Source of the DNA: an uncultured Myxococcales bacterium
GTDB taxonomy: Bacteria; Myxococcota_A; Polyangia; JAAYKL01
Assembly (NCBI GenBank): GCA_964458775.1
Contig: CAYWLQ010000004.1
Location: forward strand, 15,526-79,525
Length of the DNA stretch: 64,000 nucleotides
Reading direction: 5' to 3'
A program made the position numbers and the translations under genes. The notes under the pieces are model-generated. The model saw only the letters and a program-made list of their open reading frames with translations, was not told where the DNA came from and did no database searches. Each line of letters begins with the position of its first letter. Positions within the stretch are counted from its first letter, which is position 1. Below, in pieces: positions 8,726 through 18,376 of this stretch.

Positions 8726-10708
8726 ATGGCTAGAGCCTCTTCAAACATTATACTTATTAGTACTTCAGAGGATACCAAAAGCTTCTTCTCATTTTTGTTT
8801 CGTCAACATTTCAAGAAGCACAATCTTATTATTGTTTCTTCACATAGAGATATTGTTACAGAAAAAGAAAAACTTCAGCTCGATGCAATAATTATTGATG
8901 AACCTGCATCTGAACTTGAAACAACCGCAAAAGAACTTTCAGATATGTTTTCTAATCTTTCGTTATCCTGCAAGGTCCCATTAATGGCTTTAATAGAGAG
9001 CGACGAAGTTTTAAACAAAGCAGACAGGCTACAGTCATTTGGCATTGATGATGTAGTTTTTCGACCCATCGATGATAGAGAACTTTTAGTTCGAATAAGA
9101 ATGATGCTGAGAATAAAAGCTGCTGAAGAAGAAAATAGAATCGCTCGACTTCGTATATTAGAAATGGAATCAGCACATCAATCTGAGTTGGTGGCAAAGG
9201 AAAAGCGTTATCAACGTTTGGTTGAAATATCACCTGATGCCATTTTGATTTGTAACGAAGGAAAAATTACTTTCATAAACAATTCTGGAAAGATGCTTCT
9301 TAGACTTAGCAATCCGGAAACCCTTATCGGGCGTCCTTTGATCGACATTATCCATCCGGAATCTATTTTCGCCATAAGAAGAATCTTACAAGATTCAGAA
9401 TCTGCAAAAACCCAAACACCGTTTTCTCTAATTAAGCTCAGGGCCGAAAACGGGTCAGTTGCAAATGCAGAAGCGGTTGCAGTACCCTTTGATGACAACG
9501 ACAACAAAAGTGTTATGTTGGTGTTTCGCGACATAGCAGGAAGACCGGCTATGACTGAAAGATTTCAACAATCACAAAGAATGGAAGCTGTCGGTCAACT
9601 TGCCGGCGGTGTTGCTCACGATTTTAATAATATTCTCACCACGATTAGAGGGTACTCCGATTTGCTGTTGGACACTCTTAAGAAAGAAGACCCGCTTGTC
9701 GAAGATGTTAAGGAAATTAAAAATGCAACTGAACGAGCCGCTTCTCTAACCAGACAATTATTGGCCTTCAGTAGAAGACAACAGATGGCACCGGCTCCTC
9801 TTGATATAAACAGAGTGGTGTCAGACATTCAAAGAATGTTAAAGCGAATGATAGGTGACCATATAGAACTGATTACTGACTTGGAGCCGGATTTGGGAAT
9901 CGTAAAGGCCGACAGAAGTCAAATTGAACAGGTAATAATGAATCTATGTGTCAACGCCAGAGATGCCATGCTTAATGGAGGCACAATAACAATTAGAACC
10001 TCCAATATCGAGATAAAAAATGAGAGACCGGAATCGGCTCCCGATATCAGTCCCGGAACCTATGCTTTGTTAGAAGTAAAGGATACCGGTGTTGGAATCA
10101 GTCAGGATATTATTTTTCATATTTTTGAGCCTTTCTTTACAACCAAACCCAAGGACATGGGAACCGGCTTGGGATTGTCAACAGTATACGGAATCGTAAA
10201 ACAAAGCGGAGGTGATATTTCTGTACAGAGCACTCCCAATAAAGGAACTGTCTTTAGGATTTATTTACCCATAGTGTCAGACTATGCTTCAGAAAATTTT
10301 ATAAAATTTGATCGAGGTCCTGCCGGCGGTTCCGAAACTATTTTATTAGTGGAAGACGATAAAACGGTAAGATATTTGGCTAAACGTCTTTTGGAAAGAG
10401 CCGGTTACAAAGTAATACCAACAGCCAACGGAGCCGAAGCCCTTTTTCTTGCTGAGCAACACAAAGGAGATATTCATTTAATACTTACAGATGTGGTAAT
10501 GCCGGAAATGGGCGGAACAGCGTTGGTAGAGAAACTGGCTAAGAAGCATCGTAATTTAAAAGCCATCTTGATGTCAGGATATTCTGACAAAGATGTTATT
10601 AAATTTGCTGAGCGGCACTCCGGTGTGGTTTTTCTCCCCAAACCGTTTAGTTATGAAGAGTTGACCCAAAAAGTACGATCTGTATTGGATTGTGAAGATA
10701 ATACTTAA
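8726..10708 (+). CDS. Hybrid sensor histidine kinase (degenerate N-terminal REC-like domain, PAS, HisKA, HATPase_c, C-terminal REC)
   Basis: PAS region 'ISPDAILICNEGKITFINN'. H-box 'VGQLAGGVAHDFNNILT'. ATPase motifs 'NLCVNARDA', 'DTGVGIS', 'GTGLGLS'. C-terminal receiver 'ILLVEDD...LILTDVVMPEMGG...LMSGY'. The ATG at 8726 has a GGGAG RBS. The alternative start is 8714. Confidence 0.8.
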   Translation: MARASSNIILISTSEDTKSFFSFLFRQHFKKHNLIIVSSHRDIVTEKEKLQLDAIIIDEPASELETTAKELSDMFSNLSLSCKVPLMALIESDEVLNKADRLQSFGIDDVVFRPIDDRELLVRIRMMLRIKAAEEENRIARLRILEMESAHQSELVAKEKRYQRLVEISPDAILICNEGKITFINNSGKMLLRLSNPETLIGRPLIDIIHPESIFAIRRILQDSESAKTQTPFSLIKLRAENGSVANAEAVAVPFDDNDNKSVMLVFRDIAGRPAMTERFQQSQRMEAVGQLAGGVAHDFNNILTTIRGYSDLLLDTLKKEDPLVEDVKEIKNATERAASLTRQLLAFSRRQQMAPAPLDINRVVSDIQRMLKRMIGDHIELITDLEPDLGIVKADRSQIEQVIMNLCVNARDAMLNGGTITIRTSNIEIKNERPESAPDISPGTYALLEVKDTGVGISQDIIFHIFEPFFTTKPKDMGTGLGLSTVYGIVKQSGGDISVQSTPNKGTVFRIYLPIVSDYASENFIKFDRGPAGGSETILLVEDDKTVRYLAKRLLERAGYKVIPTANGAEALFLAEQHKGDIHLILTDVVMPEMGGTALVEKLAKKHRNLKAILMSGYSDKDVIKFAERHSGVVFLPKPFSYEELTQKVRSVLDCEDNT

Positions 10709-10922
10709 TTCATGATTTATAGGAATTAACCGACCAATGTTCATTTTGAATATAGATACGTTTTTACATAAAAACAGTTACTTCTCACCAATCATTCATA
10801 CAAAGCATCCCATTTAAGGGACGCCAATATGTGATCCTCTCCTGTTTTATTTGTATCTATAGTGTTCCTCAAAACGGCAAAAAGCTCATTTAAAAAATTT
10901 TTTTCTTTTTTTAAATACAAAA

Positions 10923-11336
10923 TTAATTTTCTATTTTTTGCATAGAGCAGTGAAATGCTTCTATAATTGCCGATATTGAAGCATCTATTTCCCCCTGTTT
11001 GCCAATAATTCGGCAGCCGGCTCTTCCCACAGCTTCTGATGAACGAACAACAAACCCGGCTTCAGCAGCTACAGAATCAATATCAAATAATACTCTGTCA
11101 TCAGGATGAACCGTTATTTCAGCATTAGCAAAACCTTTTGATAATATTAATGCTTTAGAAAAAACTCTTTCAAGAATTATTGGATTCTTATCTATTTCGA
11201 TTCCAATGATGTTTTCAACCATACTACATGCCAATTCAATTGCACTTTTTTTTAGCCAAGACGGATCTGAACAAATATCATTATCATTTGAATGTGTAGA
11301 TTTTGTTATAATTCGTGCTTTGATTATTCTTCCCAA
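10923..11336 (-). CDS. FliH/YscL-like (type III secretion/flagellar ATPase regulator family) C-terminal domain protein
   Basis: 'AEITVHPDD...AVGRAGCRIIGKQGEIDASISAIIE' resembles the conserved FliH/YscL C-terminus (VHPDD...GGCrve...g.iDAslet). This is from memory, with no search run. Confidence 0.4.
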   Translation of the reverse strand: MGRIIKARIITKSTHSNDNDICSDPSWLKKSAIELACSMVENIIGIEIDKNPIILERVFSKALILSKGFANAEITVHPDDRVLFDIDSVAAEAGFVVRSSEAVGRAGCRIIGKQGEIDASISAIIEAFHCSMQKIEN

Positions 11337-11908
11337 GAGATTGTCCCCTTAAGTATTATTTTTATTCGATTACGAAAGTTAGAAGGAAAACTAGGTTCTG
11401 CTAAAACACCTGCTAACCTTCCCATTCTAATCAGCAAACTGCCTTCTTCTGAAGGTAGTCGGTAAGATAGAGTTAACAGTGTATCGTGTAATCTGCATAA
11501 GGCGATAGCGACTGCAGCAAGACCCTTTTCTCGATCTGAGGGATTGGAGCGCGAAACTCCTAATGCAATTTTTAAATCTGAAGTTTTCCAGTTTTGTCCA
11601 ATAACGGATAGTATATTTTCCTCTTGATAAACAGGAACAATCCATAAAGGTAATGATGTGTTGGGGTATTTTGAAAACGATGATTGCAGAGCTTGTTTTA
11701 GATCGAGGTGTGAAACTCCGAGTGACAAAACTTCCAATATTTCTTCAATTGCCGCTCGATTGGAAGGTGACAAAACACTCCATTGTTTTGGGGTGTTGGG
11801 TGTAATTCCCCTTGAGTATGCAGCTACTGCGGCAGCTAATATAGCTCCTCCTCTGGAAAGCAAGGCTTTTAAACTATCTTGTTTTGGTAATTTAGAATTT
11901 TCAGACAT
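11324..11908 (-). CDS. Hypothetical protein (co-oriented and overlapping with the FliH-like gene)
   Basis: 194-aa ORF with no recognisable motif. There is a 13-nt overlap with the downstream FliH-like ORF, suggesting an operon. Confidence 0.35.
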   Translation of the reverse strand: MSENSKLPKQDSLKALLSRGGAILAAAVAAYSRGITPNTPKQWSVLSPSNRAAIEEILEVLSLGVSHLDLKQALQSSFSKYPNTSLPLWIVPVYQEENILSVIGQNWKTSDLKIALGVSRSNPSDREKGLAAVAIALCRLHDTLLTLSYRLPSEEGSLLIRMGRLAGVLAEPSFPSNFRNRIKIILKGTISWEE

Positions 11909-12105
11909 AATTTTGTTCTAAAAATACGCATAACATACCAAATAAGAAGTTTGCAACACGTATATTCAACATGCCTTCTTAGCTGTAACTGTGATATTTT
12001 GTCTAAAAAAGATGTGTTTAAGCCGACAAACAAAAATATTGTCGTATATACTAGTTAAACAATTGTCCCTTTTTATCGAAAGCACCTCTATAGATGGAGA
12101 TAAAA

Positions 12106-13881
12106 ATGACTGGAAACCGCTTTTATGTAAATGAAGAGAGTCCCTGGCTAAAACCCGAATCAGGATGGCCGGACGAAGTTCCTCATCAATTTCAAACAGA
12201 TGAACGCTCTCTTTATGAAGTATTGTCTGATTCTTGCAAAGATTATGCTGACAGAAGAGTTATCTGGTTTGAACCTCTCAATACGGAAATAACTTATAGA
12301 GAACTAAAGTTAGCTGTAGATCGCTTTGCTTCAGGACTGTATCAACATAATATTAGAAAAGGTGATACGGTGGCACTTATGCTTCCCAATAGTCCGCAGT
12401 ATATTACTGCCTATTATGCATGTCATTGCATCGGCGCAGCGGTAACCGGTATTAATCCTCTCTATAAACCACAGGAGGTACTTCATCAACTGAAGACTAC
12501 AAAGGCCAAGGCTCTTATTGTTCTGGATATGCTTTATGAATCTCAGGTCTCGTCCATATGGGATAAATCAGGAGTCGAGTTATTGGTTACCACTAATATT
12601 GTAGATATGATTAAGGGGAATCATCTCAAAAAACTATTGGGAAAGCTTTTGGGAAAGATTCCGCAAGGCAGCGTACCCGCTTCTTCTCGTTATTTTAACA
12701 GTCTGCTTTCAACAAAAGAAAGCCTTCCCAAAATATCAATAGACTGCCATGAGCCGGCTGTCTATTTGATGACCGGAGGCACTACAGGTGTTCCCAAAGC
12801 AGCGGTTCTAACTCACTTTAATTGTGTTAACAATGCCAAGCAATGCACACATTGGATATACAACATCAAACCGGGGACGGCTTATATTGGGATTCTTCCT
12901 TTGTTTCACGCTTTTGCGATGACCACTTTCATGAACACTATGTTGCGTTCCGGAGGGTTTGCAATGCTGTTTCCCAAACCCCCTCCGACAGATGTTCTTG
13001 TTGAGAAAATCATTCAATTCGGACCTCCAGAGGGAACAATCTATTGCGGTGCAGAAGTATTGTTTAAGCGTATGGCTGATTTTTTGGAAGATGAAACCAA
13101 TAAAGCAAAATACAAAGATGCACTCCAGGGAAAACTGACCTTGTGCATTTCAGGAGCAAGTCCTCTTCATCGTCCCGTTCAGGAAGCCTTTGAGAAGAAT
13201 ACCGGTGCAAAACTCTCAGAGGGTTACGGTCTGACAGAGTCTTCACCGGTAGTCAGTTGTGCTCCGTTTTGGGGTAAAAGAAGTGTAGGAACAATCGGTC
13301 TACCCTTTCCTGGAACAGATTGGCGGATTGTGGATAAGATGGACTACAATAAAAAGATGGAGCAAGGAAGAGAAAATGTAGGAGAACTGGCAGTTGCCGG
13401 TCCGGGGGTAATGAAGGAATATTTAAATCGTTCTGAGGAAACGGCAGAAACACTAGTGGAAATAGACGGAAAGAAGTGGCTTCTTACCGGAGACATCGGA
13501 TACATGGATGAATTAGGTCGAGTGGTAATTCTTGATCGAAAAAAACAGCTGATAAAATTTAAGGGCATGTCAGTCTTTCCCAAAGAGGTTGAAGAGCTTA
13601 TCGCCGGACACGAAGCCGTTAATGAGGCAGCCGTAGCCGGTCTTCCTGACAGCACTTATGGAGAGATAATTAAAGCATGGATTGTTCTTAAGGAAGACAA
13701 GAAAAACAATATTACCGAAGATGAGATGAAGAATTGGTGCGAAGAAAACATGGCACATTACAAGGTGCCCAAACTGATTGAATTTAGAGATGAAATACCC
13801 AAAAACATTATCGGCAAAGTACTGAGAAGAGAACTGCAAGAAAAAGATCCCATATGGCTTAAGGCCCATCTTGAACCTTAA
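12106..13881 (+). CDS. Long-chain fatty-acid-CoA ligase (AMP-dependent synthetase/ligase, FadD-like)
   Basis: AMP-binding motif 'YLMTGGTTGVPKAAVLTH'. Also 'GYGLTE' and 'ITEDEMKNWCEENMAHYKVPKLIEF'. The ATG at 12106 follows a GGAG. The track start is 12094. Confidence 0.8.
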   Translation: MTGNRFYVNEESPWLKPESGWPDEVPHQFQTDERSLYEVLSDSCKDYADRRVIWFEPLNTEITYRELKLAVDRFASGLYQHNIRKGDTVALMLPNSPQYITAYYACHCIGAAVTGINPLYKPQEVLHQLKTTKAKALIVLDMLYESQVSSIWDKSGVELLVTTNIVDMIKGNHLKKLLGKLLGKIPQGSVPASSRYFNSLLSTKESLPKISIDCHEPAVYLMTGGTTGVPKAAVLTHFNCVNNAKQCTHWIYNIKPGTAYIGILPLFHAFAMTTFMNTMLRSGGFAMLFPKPPPTDVLVEKIIQFGPPEGTIYCGAEVLFKRMADFLEDETNKAKYKDALQGKLTLCISGASPLHRPVQEAFEKNTGAKLSEGYGLTESSPVVSCAPFWGKRSVGTIGLPFPGTDWRIVDKMDYNKKMEQGRENVGELAVAGPGVMKEYLNRSEETAETLVEIDGKKWLLTGDIGYMDELGRVVILDRKKQLIKFKGMSVFPKEVEELIAGHEAVNEAAVAGLPDSTYGEIIKAWIVLKEDKKNNITEDEMKNWCEENMAHYKVPKLIEFRDEIPKNIIGKVLRRELQEKDPIWLKAHLEP

Positions 13882-13921
13882 CTTTTCGTCGGAAATAGAC
13901 TCTGAGAGTCGTTCTAACCTT

Positions 13922-14662
13922 TTATTTATTTGTTAATATGTCTGAGTTTAGAGCTTCGTACATAATCTGTCTGGTTTCTTCCATCAAAGCAGTATCTGAC
14001 TTATTTGCAGAGACAATGGGAGAATGAATGACTAATTTTGCTTTACCGGGAAAAAGCATAAGGCTCTTTGTTTGAACAATTTCACGAGTACCGTGAATTG
14101 TTACCGGAAGTACAGGCAATCCAAGATCACAGGCCATTTTGAAAGCACCTTTTTTAAACTTTCCCAACTCTCCTGTTTTGCTGCGAGTGCCTTCAGGAAA
14201 TAGTATTACGGAGGTTCCGTTTACGATGATTTTTTGAGCAGACTCCAGTGATTCCAACGCCTTTTTTGTATTTGATCGGTCAATAAAAATATGTCCCAAA
14301 GCTTCGCAGGCAAACCCCAAAAAAGGGACTTTGCGCAGCTCTTTTTTCATTACCCACCTAAAATCAACACCCAACCATCCATAAAGAGCAACGATATCGT
14401 AGACGCTCTGGTGATTGGCAACAATAATATATGATTGATTTCTATCTATATTCTCCTTTCCTTGAGTCGTAACAAAAACGGGGGTCATATAACATATTAG
14501 TCGAGACCAAAGTCCTCCGCAGTATTTTCCCGCAACTCTCGGACCTGCCATCGGAGCAATAACAAGAGATAAGATTGCAAAAAACAGTGTAGATAATCCC
14601 AAATAAGGTGCAAACACCAACCATGCCCAAAGTTGATATGGGTATATTAATATTCTCTTCAT
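13922..14662 (-). CDS. 1-acyl-sn-glycerol-3-phosphate acyltransferase (PlsC/LPLAT family)
   Basis: HX4D motif 'ANHQSVYDIVAL' and 'FPEGTRS'. The N-terminus is hydrophobic. Confidence 0.75.
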   Translation of the reverse strand: MKRILIYPYQLWAWLVFAPYLGLSTLFFAILSLVIAPMAGPRVAGKYCGGLWSRLICYMTPVFVTTQGKENIDRNQSYIIVANHQSVYDIVALYGWLGVDFRWVMKKELRKVPFLGFACEALGHIFIDRSNTKKALESLESAQKIIVNGTSVILFPEGTRSKTGELGKFKKGAFKMACDLGLPVLPVTIHGTREIVQTKSLMLFPGKAKLVIHSPIVSANKSDTALMEETRQIMYEALNSDILTNK

Positions 14663-14853
14663 AAATCATCCAATCGCAAAACCTGAAATTTTATGTCAGT
14701 CATCAAAACGACGCAGGCGGGAGCCTACATTTATTTCAACGTCCAATCAACACCATCGACAATTCGTACTTGTTAAAGGCAATAGTTTTTTCCAGTTGAA
14801 TTATAGTTAAATATTTTATAGGTTTTCACACCTTGATAAGGGGGTTTTCCAAA

Positions 14854-15606
14854 ATGGGTAAACGAATTACATTAAGTGCACATCCCGCCGATGAACGTAT
14901 CGGAATGCTGTCAATGCATGATGAAGAATCTAAGAATACCTTTACAGATTCTTTTGTTGACGATTTTATGGAAATATTAAATCAACTTCAAAAAAACAAG
15001 ACCTATCGGGTAATAATATTATCCGGTCTTAAGGATGTATTTTGTGCAGGCGCCGCTAAAGAAGCCTTAATGTCTATTTTTGAAGGAGAATTGGAAGTAA
15101 AAGACTTGGCACTTTCTGAGCTTCTCCTCAATATCCCAATACCTGTGATCGCAGCCATGGAGGGCGCAGCTTTAGGCGGCGGTTTTGTAGTTGCCCTTTG
15201 TTGTGATATTGTTCTCATGAACGAAAAGAAAATGTACGGAACTAATTTTACTAACATGGGTTTTACACCCGGCATGGGAGCAACTAGGTTACTGCAAGGT
15301 TTAGTAGGCGATTTTGTTGCTAACGAAATGATGTTTCGCGGTAGATTGATGAAGGGACGAGAATATAAAGGAAGAAGCTTAATTAACTACATACTTCCCG
15401 GAGAAGAAATTCTGTCAAAAGCATTGGATATTGCTCTTGATATTGTTGACAAACCCATAAAGACTCTTCAAATCCTGAAGTACTCAGTTTCCTTGAATAA
15501 ACGTAAGCTTCTTCTTGATGCCAGGGTTCATGAAGATTTCATGCATAAGATCTCCTTCGGCAGTCCCGAAACACGGCAAATAATTGAACGTATGTACAAC
15601 GGTTGA
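14854..15606 (+). CDS. Enoyl-CoA hydratase/isomerase (crotonase) family, PksH/PksI (ECH)-like
   Basis: Crotonase oxyanion-hole segments 'VFCAGAAKEAL' and 'AAMEGAALGGGFVVALCCDIV'. The ATG at 14854 follows an 'AAGGGGG' RBS. The track start at 14833 is a TTG. Confidence 0.7.
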   Translation: MGKRITLSAHPADERIGMLSMHDEESKNTFTDSFVDDFMEILNQLQKNKTYRVIILSGLKDVFCAGAAKEALMSIFEGELEVKDLALSELLLNIPIPVIAAMEGAALGGGFVVALCCDIVLMNEKKMYGTNFTNMGFTPGMGATRLLQGLVGDFVANEMMFRGRLMKGREYKGRSLINYILPGEEILSKALDIALDIVDKPIKTLQILKYSVSLNKRKLLLDARVHEDFMHKISFGSPETRQIIERMYNG

Positions 15607-15837
15607 ATTTTAGAGCATACTGCGATATGGGCAAAGCAGTTGTTTAACCTTTGTATTGTCCGAATGAGGATTTTTCATCCGGATTGACAACGGCGGACAA
15701 AAATATTATAAGGCGCCTGTTTTTTTGAAATATGGAATTTAGGTTGTATAAACATATCGAAATAATTAAGGATTAATAACAATCAAACATCGGCTGTTAT
15801 AGCTGAAAACAAAATTACATCTGGAGGCAACAAGAAA

Positions 15838-16092
15838 ATGACCCACGACGAAGTATTTGCAATATTAAAGAAGCACATTATGGAACAGCTTGAAGATGAG
15901 GTAGAAGAAGATCAAATCGACATTGAGAAATCTATGGTCGACTTGGGTGCCAACAGCCTCGATATCGTTGAAATCGTAACCAACACAATGCGTGAGCTAA
16001 AAATAAAAATCCCAAGGGATGAACTTGCAGCAATTAATACTATGAAGGGCTTGGTCGCAGCGATGACTGAGTTCAAGAATAAAAGCAACTAA
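15838..16092 (+). CDS. Acyl carrier protein
   Basis: 84 aa with 'DLGANSLDIVEIV' (DSL phosphopantetheine-attachment motif). There is a GGAGG RBS. Confidence 0.8.
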   Translation: MTHDEVFAILKKHIMEQLEDEVEEDQIDIEKSMVDLGANSLDIVEIVTNTMRELKIKIPRDELAAINTMKGLVAAMTEFKNKSN

Positions 16093-16293
16093 TTAAAAGA
16101 TGCTTTGAGTACGCTTTTCACAGTACTGTGAACGGATCATGTTTCGGGCACGGGCATGTGTAGATTTTGAAATTTGTAATATAAGCTTGACTTGTATTTG
16201 TTTTCATTTTTACCAACACTGTTTATTTGCGTGCTGAGAGCATAACCGGCGGATTCAATATAGAATCTTCTGAGATAGATGTTTTTGTAAAAA

Positions 16294-16503
16294 ATGTTCG
16301 CGTGTGAGAAGCGAGTAAAAACCCCTATGTTGTTTTCAAAGGAAGTCTTGTTGTTCCTTCAAGAAATGGTCGGAGAGAAGAAGTGCATCTATAAGGTTGG
16401 TATTGAATATCTTGATGGACAACGTACTTCCATGTTAATTGACCATCACAAAGTGAACGATCTTTTTAAAGGGTTCACTTTTCAGGGCATTGGCAATCGG
16501 TGA
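16294..16503 (+). CDS. Small hypothetical ORF inside the cassette (possibly non-coding)
   Basis: 69-aa ORF ending 12 nt before the FabZ-like gene. No motif is recognisable. Confidence 0.15.
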   Translation: MFACEKRVKTPMLFSKEVLLFLQEMVGEKKCIYKVGIEYLDGQRTSMLIDHHKVNDLFKGFTFQGIGNR

Positions 16504-16515
16504 GGAATAAACATT

Positions 16516-17043
16516 TTGGATTACGAACAACTGGCAAAACAATACAGAAAAAAAGCAATTTTGGACGTAGATTCAGCTACATTATCCAAGGTTAATTACA
16601 GACGTTCTGATATTGAGAAATTGTTGCCCCATCGTCATCCATTTTTGTTGGTTGACGGGATAACGGGAATAGATCTTCAACAGCAAGGAATAGTGGGTTT
16701 TAGGAAAATTGATCCGCAAGATCCAATTTTTAAAGGCCATTTCCCAAACTATCCAATTCTGCCCGGGGTTTTGCAAATTGAGATGATAGGACAGCTTGCC
16801 ATTTGTTTTTATGATTTTCACAAGCGACAATGTGTCGACATGCCTGATGATACAGTAACATTGGGTGTAAGAGCGCTTAAAATCTATCATACATTGTTTC
16901 AACACGAAGTGCTTCCGAACGATGAAGTAACAATTTTAGCTAAGCTACTCGAAAAGGACGATTATACTTTTCGAGGTATCGGACAAATTCTAAACGGAAA
17001 CAAGGTTTGTACGATTGCTATTGCCGAGTTTTATATAGTATAG
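16516..17043 (+). CDS. 3-hydroxyacyl-ACP dehydratase (FabZ/FabA hot-dog fold)
   Basis: 'LLPHRHPFLLVDGI' and 'GHFPNYPILPGVLQIEMIGQLA' are FabZ signature segments. The start is a TTG at 16516 after a GGTGAGGA RBS. Confidence 0.7.
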   Translation: MDYEQLAKQYRKKAILDVDSATLSKVNYRRSDIEKLLPHRHPFLLVDGITGIDLQQQGIVGFRKIDPQDPIFKGHFPNYPILPGVLQIEMIGQLAICFYDFHKRQCVDMPDDTVTLGVRALKIYHTLFQHEVLPNDEVTILAKLLEKDDYTFRGIGQILNGNKVCTIAIAEFYIV

Positions 17044-17079
17044 AGCAAACCGGTCTTTTTAGAAGAAGAGGATCATACT

Positions 17080-18372
17080 ATGAGCGAAAAGAGAAGAGTT
17101 GTTGTTACAGGAATGGGAATCCTAACGCCGATTGGCGACAATTTGGATGATTACTATAAAAATCTAATTGCAGGTAAATCCGCAATTACCAACTGGCGCT
17201 ATCTTGATACTTCAAAAATTCGCTGTAAGGTTGGCGGAGATCTTGGAGACTATGATTACAAAAAGTATATGAACGAGTATCTTGCGCCAAGAATGCCCGC
17301 AGATGCATTTAAGCGAATGAAAAAGATTCTCAAAACTGCTCCTTTAGCTACCCGACTTACTGTGATTACGGTAGTTCAGGCATATATAGATGCAGGGCTT
17401 TTTGATGTTAAAGACCTAGATCCCACAAGAGTAAACGCTGTGCTGGGAGGTCATAATTTTAATAGCAATTACATCTACGAAAATTTCAAACAATTTCAGG
17501 ATGAGCCCGAATATATAAACGGAATGATGGGAATTTGTGTATATGACACAGATCTCATCGCCAGCGCAGCAGAAGTCTGTCAGATACTGGGAAGAGTTTA
17601 CAGTATCGGCGGTACTTGTACCAGTTCTACCGTAGCAATGATGCACGGCTTAAGAGAGATCCGTTCTGGAGATAATGACATTTCTGTAGTTACAGGCGGT
17701 GTTTTGGACTATTCGCCGCTTGATCTGCAAGCTCTTATTCTAGTTAGTGCGATTAGTTATAAAAGCTTTAACGATGCTCCGTCTAAATCTTCAAGACCCT
17801 ATGATATTGCAAGAGAGGGCTTTGTTCCGTCTCACGGCGGCGGAGTTCTTATTTTCGAGGAATTGGAGCATGCGAAAAAACGCAATGCTAAGATTTATGC
17901 CGAAGTACTTGAAGTCGATTGTAATTCGGACGGAAATCACCTGTCAAATCCATCAACAGACGGACAATCTCGCTTAATGAACGGTGTGCTGAAAAAGGCA
18001 GGGGTGAGACCCGAGCAAATTGATTATGTAAACGCTCATGCAACCTCTACACCTCTTGGAGATCGTGTAGAGATAGCAAGTATTAAAAGAGTATTCGGTG
18101 ACCATGTTAAAAAGCTAAAGGTCAACGCATCAAAATCAATGCTAGGGCATGCGGGTTGGTCGGCCGGCGCGGTGGAATCCATCGGCGCTATTTTGCAAAT
18201 GAATCATAACAGACTTCACCCCTCGATAAATATTGATAATATTGACCCTGAGATTGACATTGATGTCTGTGCAAATAAAGCTCAGGATTGGGAAATCAAT
18301 TATCTTATGAAGAACTCCTTCGGCTTCGGCGGTCTCAACGCCTGTGCAGTTTTTAAGAAGTTCAAAGAATAA
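17080..18372 (+). CDS. Beta-ketoacyl-ACP synthase (KAS I/II-like, Cys-His-His retained)
   Basis: Active-site Cys in 'GGTCTSSTVAMMHG'. His motifs 'VNAHATSTPLGD' and 'GHAGWSAGAVE'. It is 430 aa. Confidence 0.8.
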   Translation: MSEKRRVVVTGMGILTPIGDNLDDYYKNLIAGKSAITNWRYLDTSKIRCKVGGDLGDYDYKKYMNEYLAPRMPADAFKRMKKILKTAPLATRLTVITVVQAYIDAGLFDVKDLDPTRVNAVLGGHNFNSNYIYENFKQFQDEPEYINGMMGICVYDTDLIASAAEVCQILGRVYSIGGTCTSSTVAMMHGLREIRSGDNDISVVTGGVLDYSPLDLQALILVSAISYKSFNDAPSKSSRPYDIAREGFVPSHGGGVLIFEELEHAKKRNAKIYAEVLEVDCNSDGNHLSNPSTDGQSRLMNGVLKKAGVRPEQIDYVNAHATSTPLGDRVEIASIKRVFGDHVKKLKVNASKSMLGHAGWSAGAVESIGAILQMNHNRLHPSINIDNIDPEIDIDVCANKAQDWEINYLMKNSFGFGGLNACAVFKKFKE

Positions 18373-18376
18373 AGGA

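Noticed and set aside
13898-13910. GACTC-tga-GAGTC hairpin between convergent fadD and plsC as a terminator
   Set aside because: The stem is only 5 bp with no clear T-tract. It is too weak to call.
16118-16129. Perfect 12-bp palindrome CACAGTACTGTG after the ACP gene
   Set aside because: It could be a small hairpin or a restriction-like site. It has no T-tract or second copy, so it is insufficient to assign a function.
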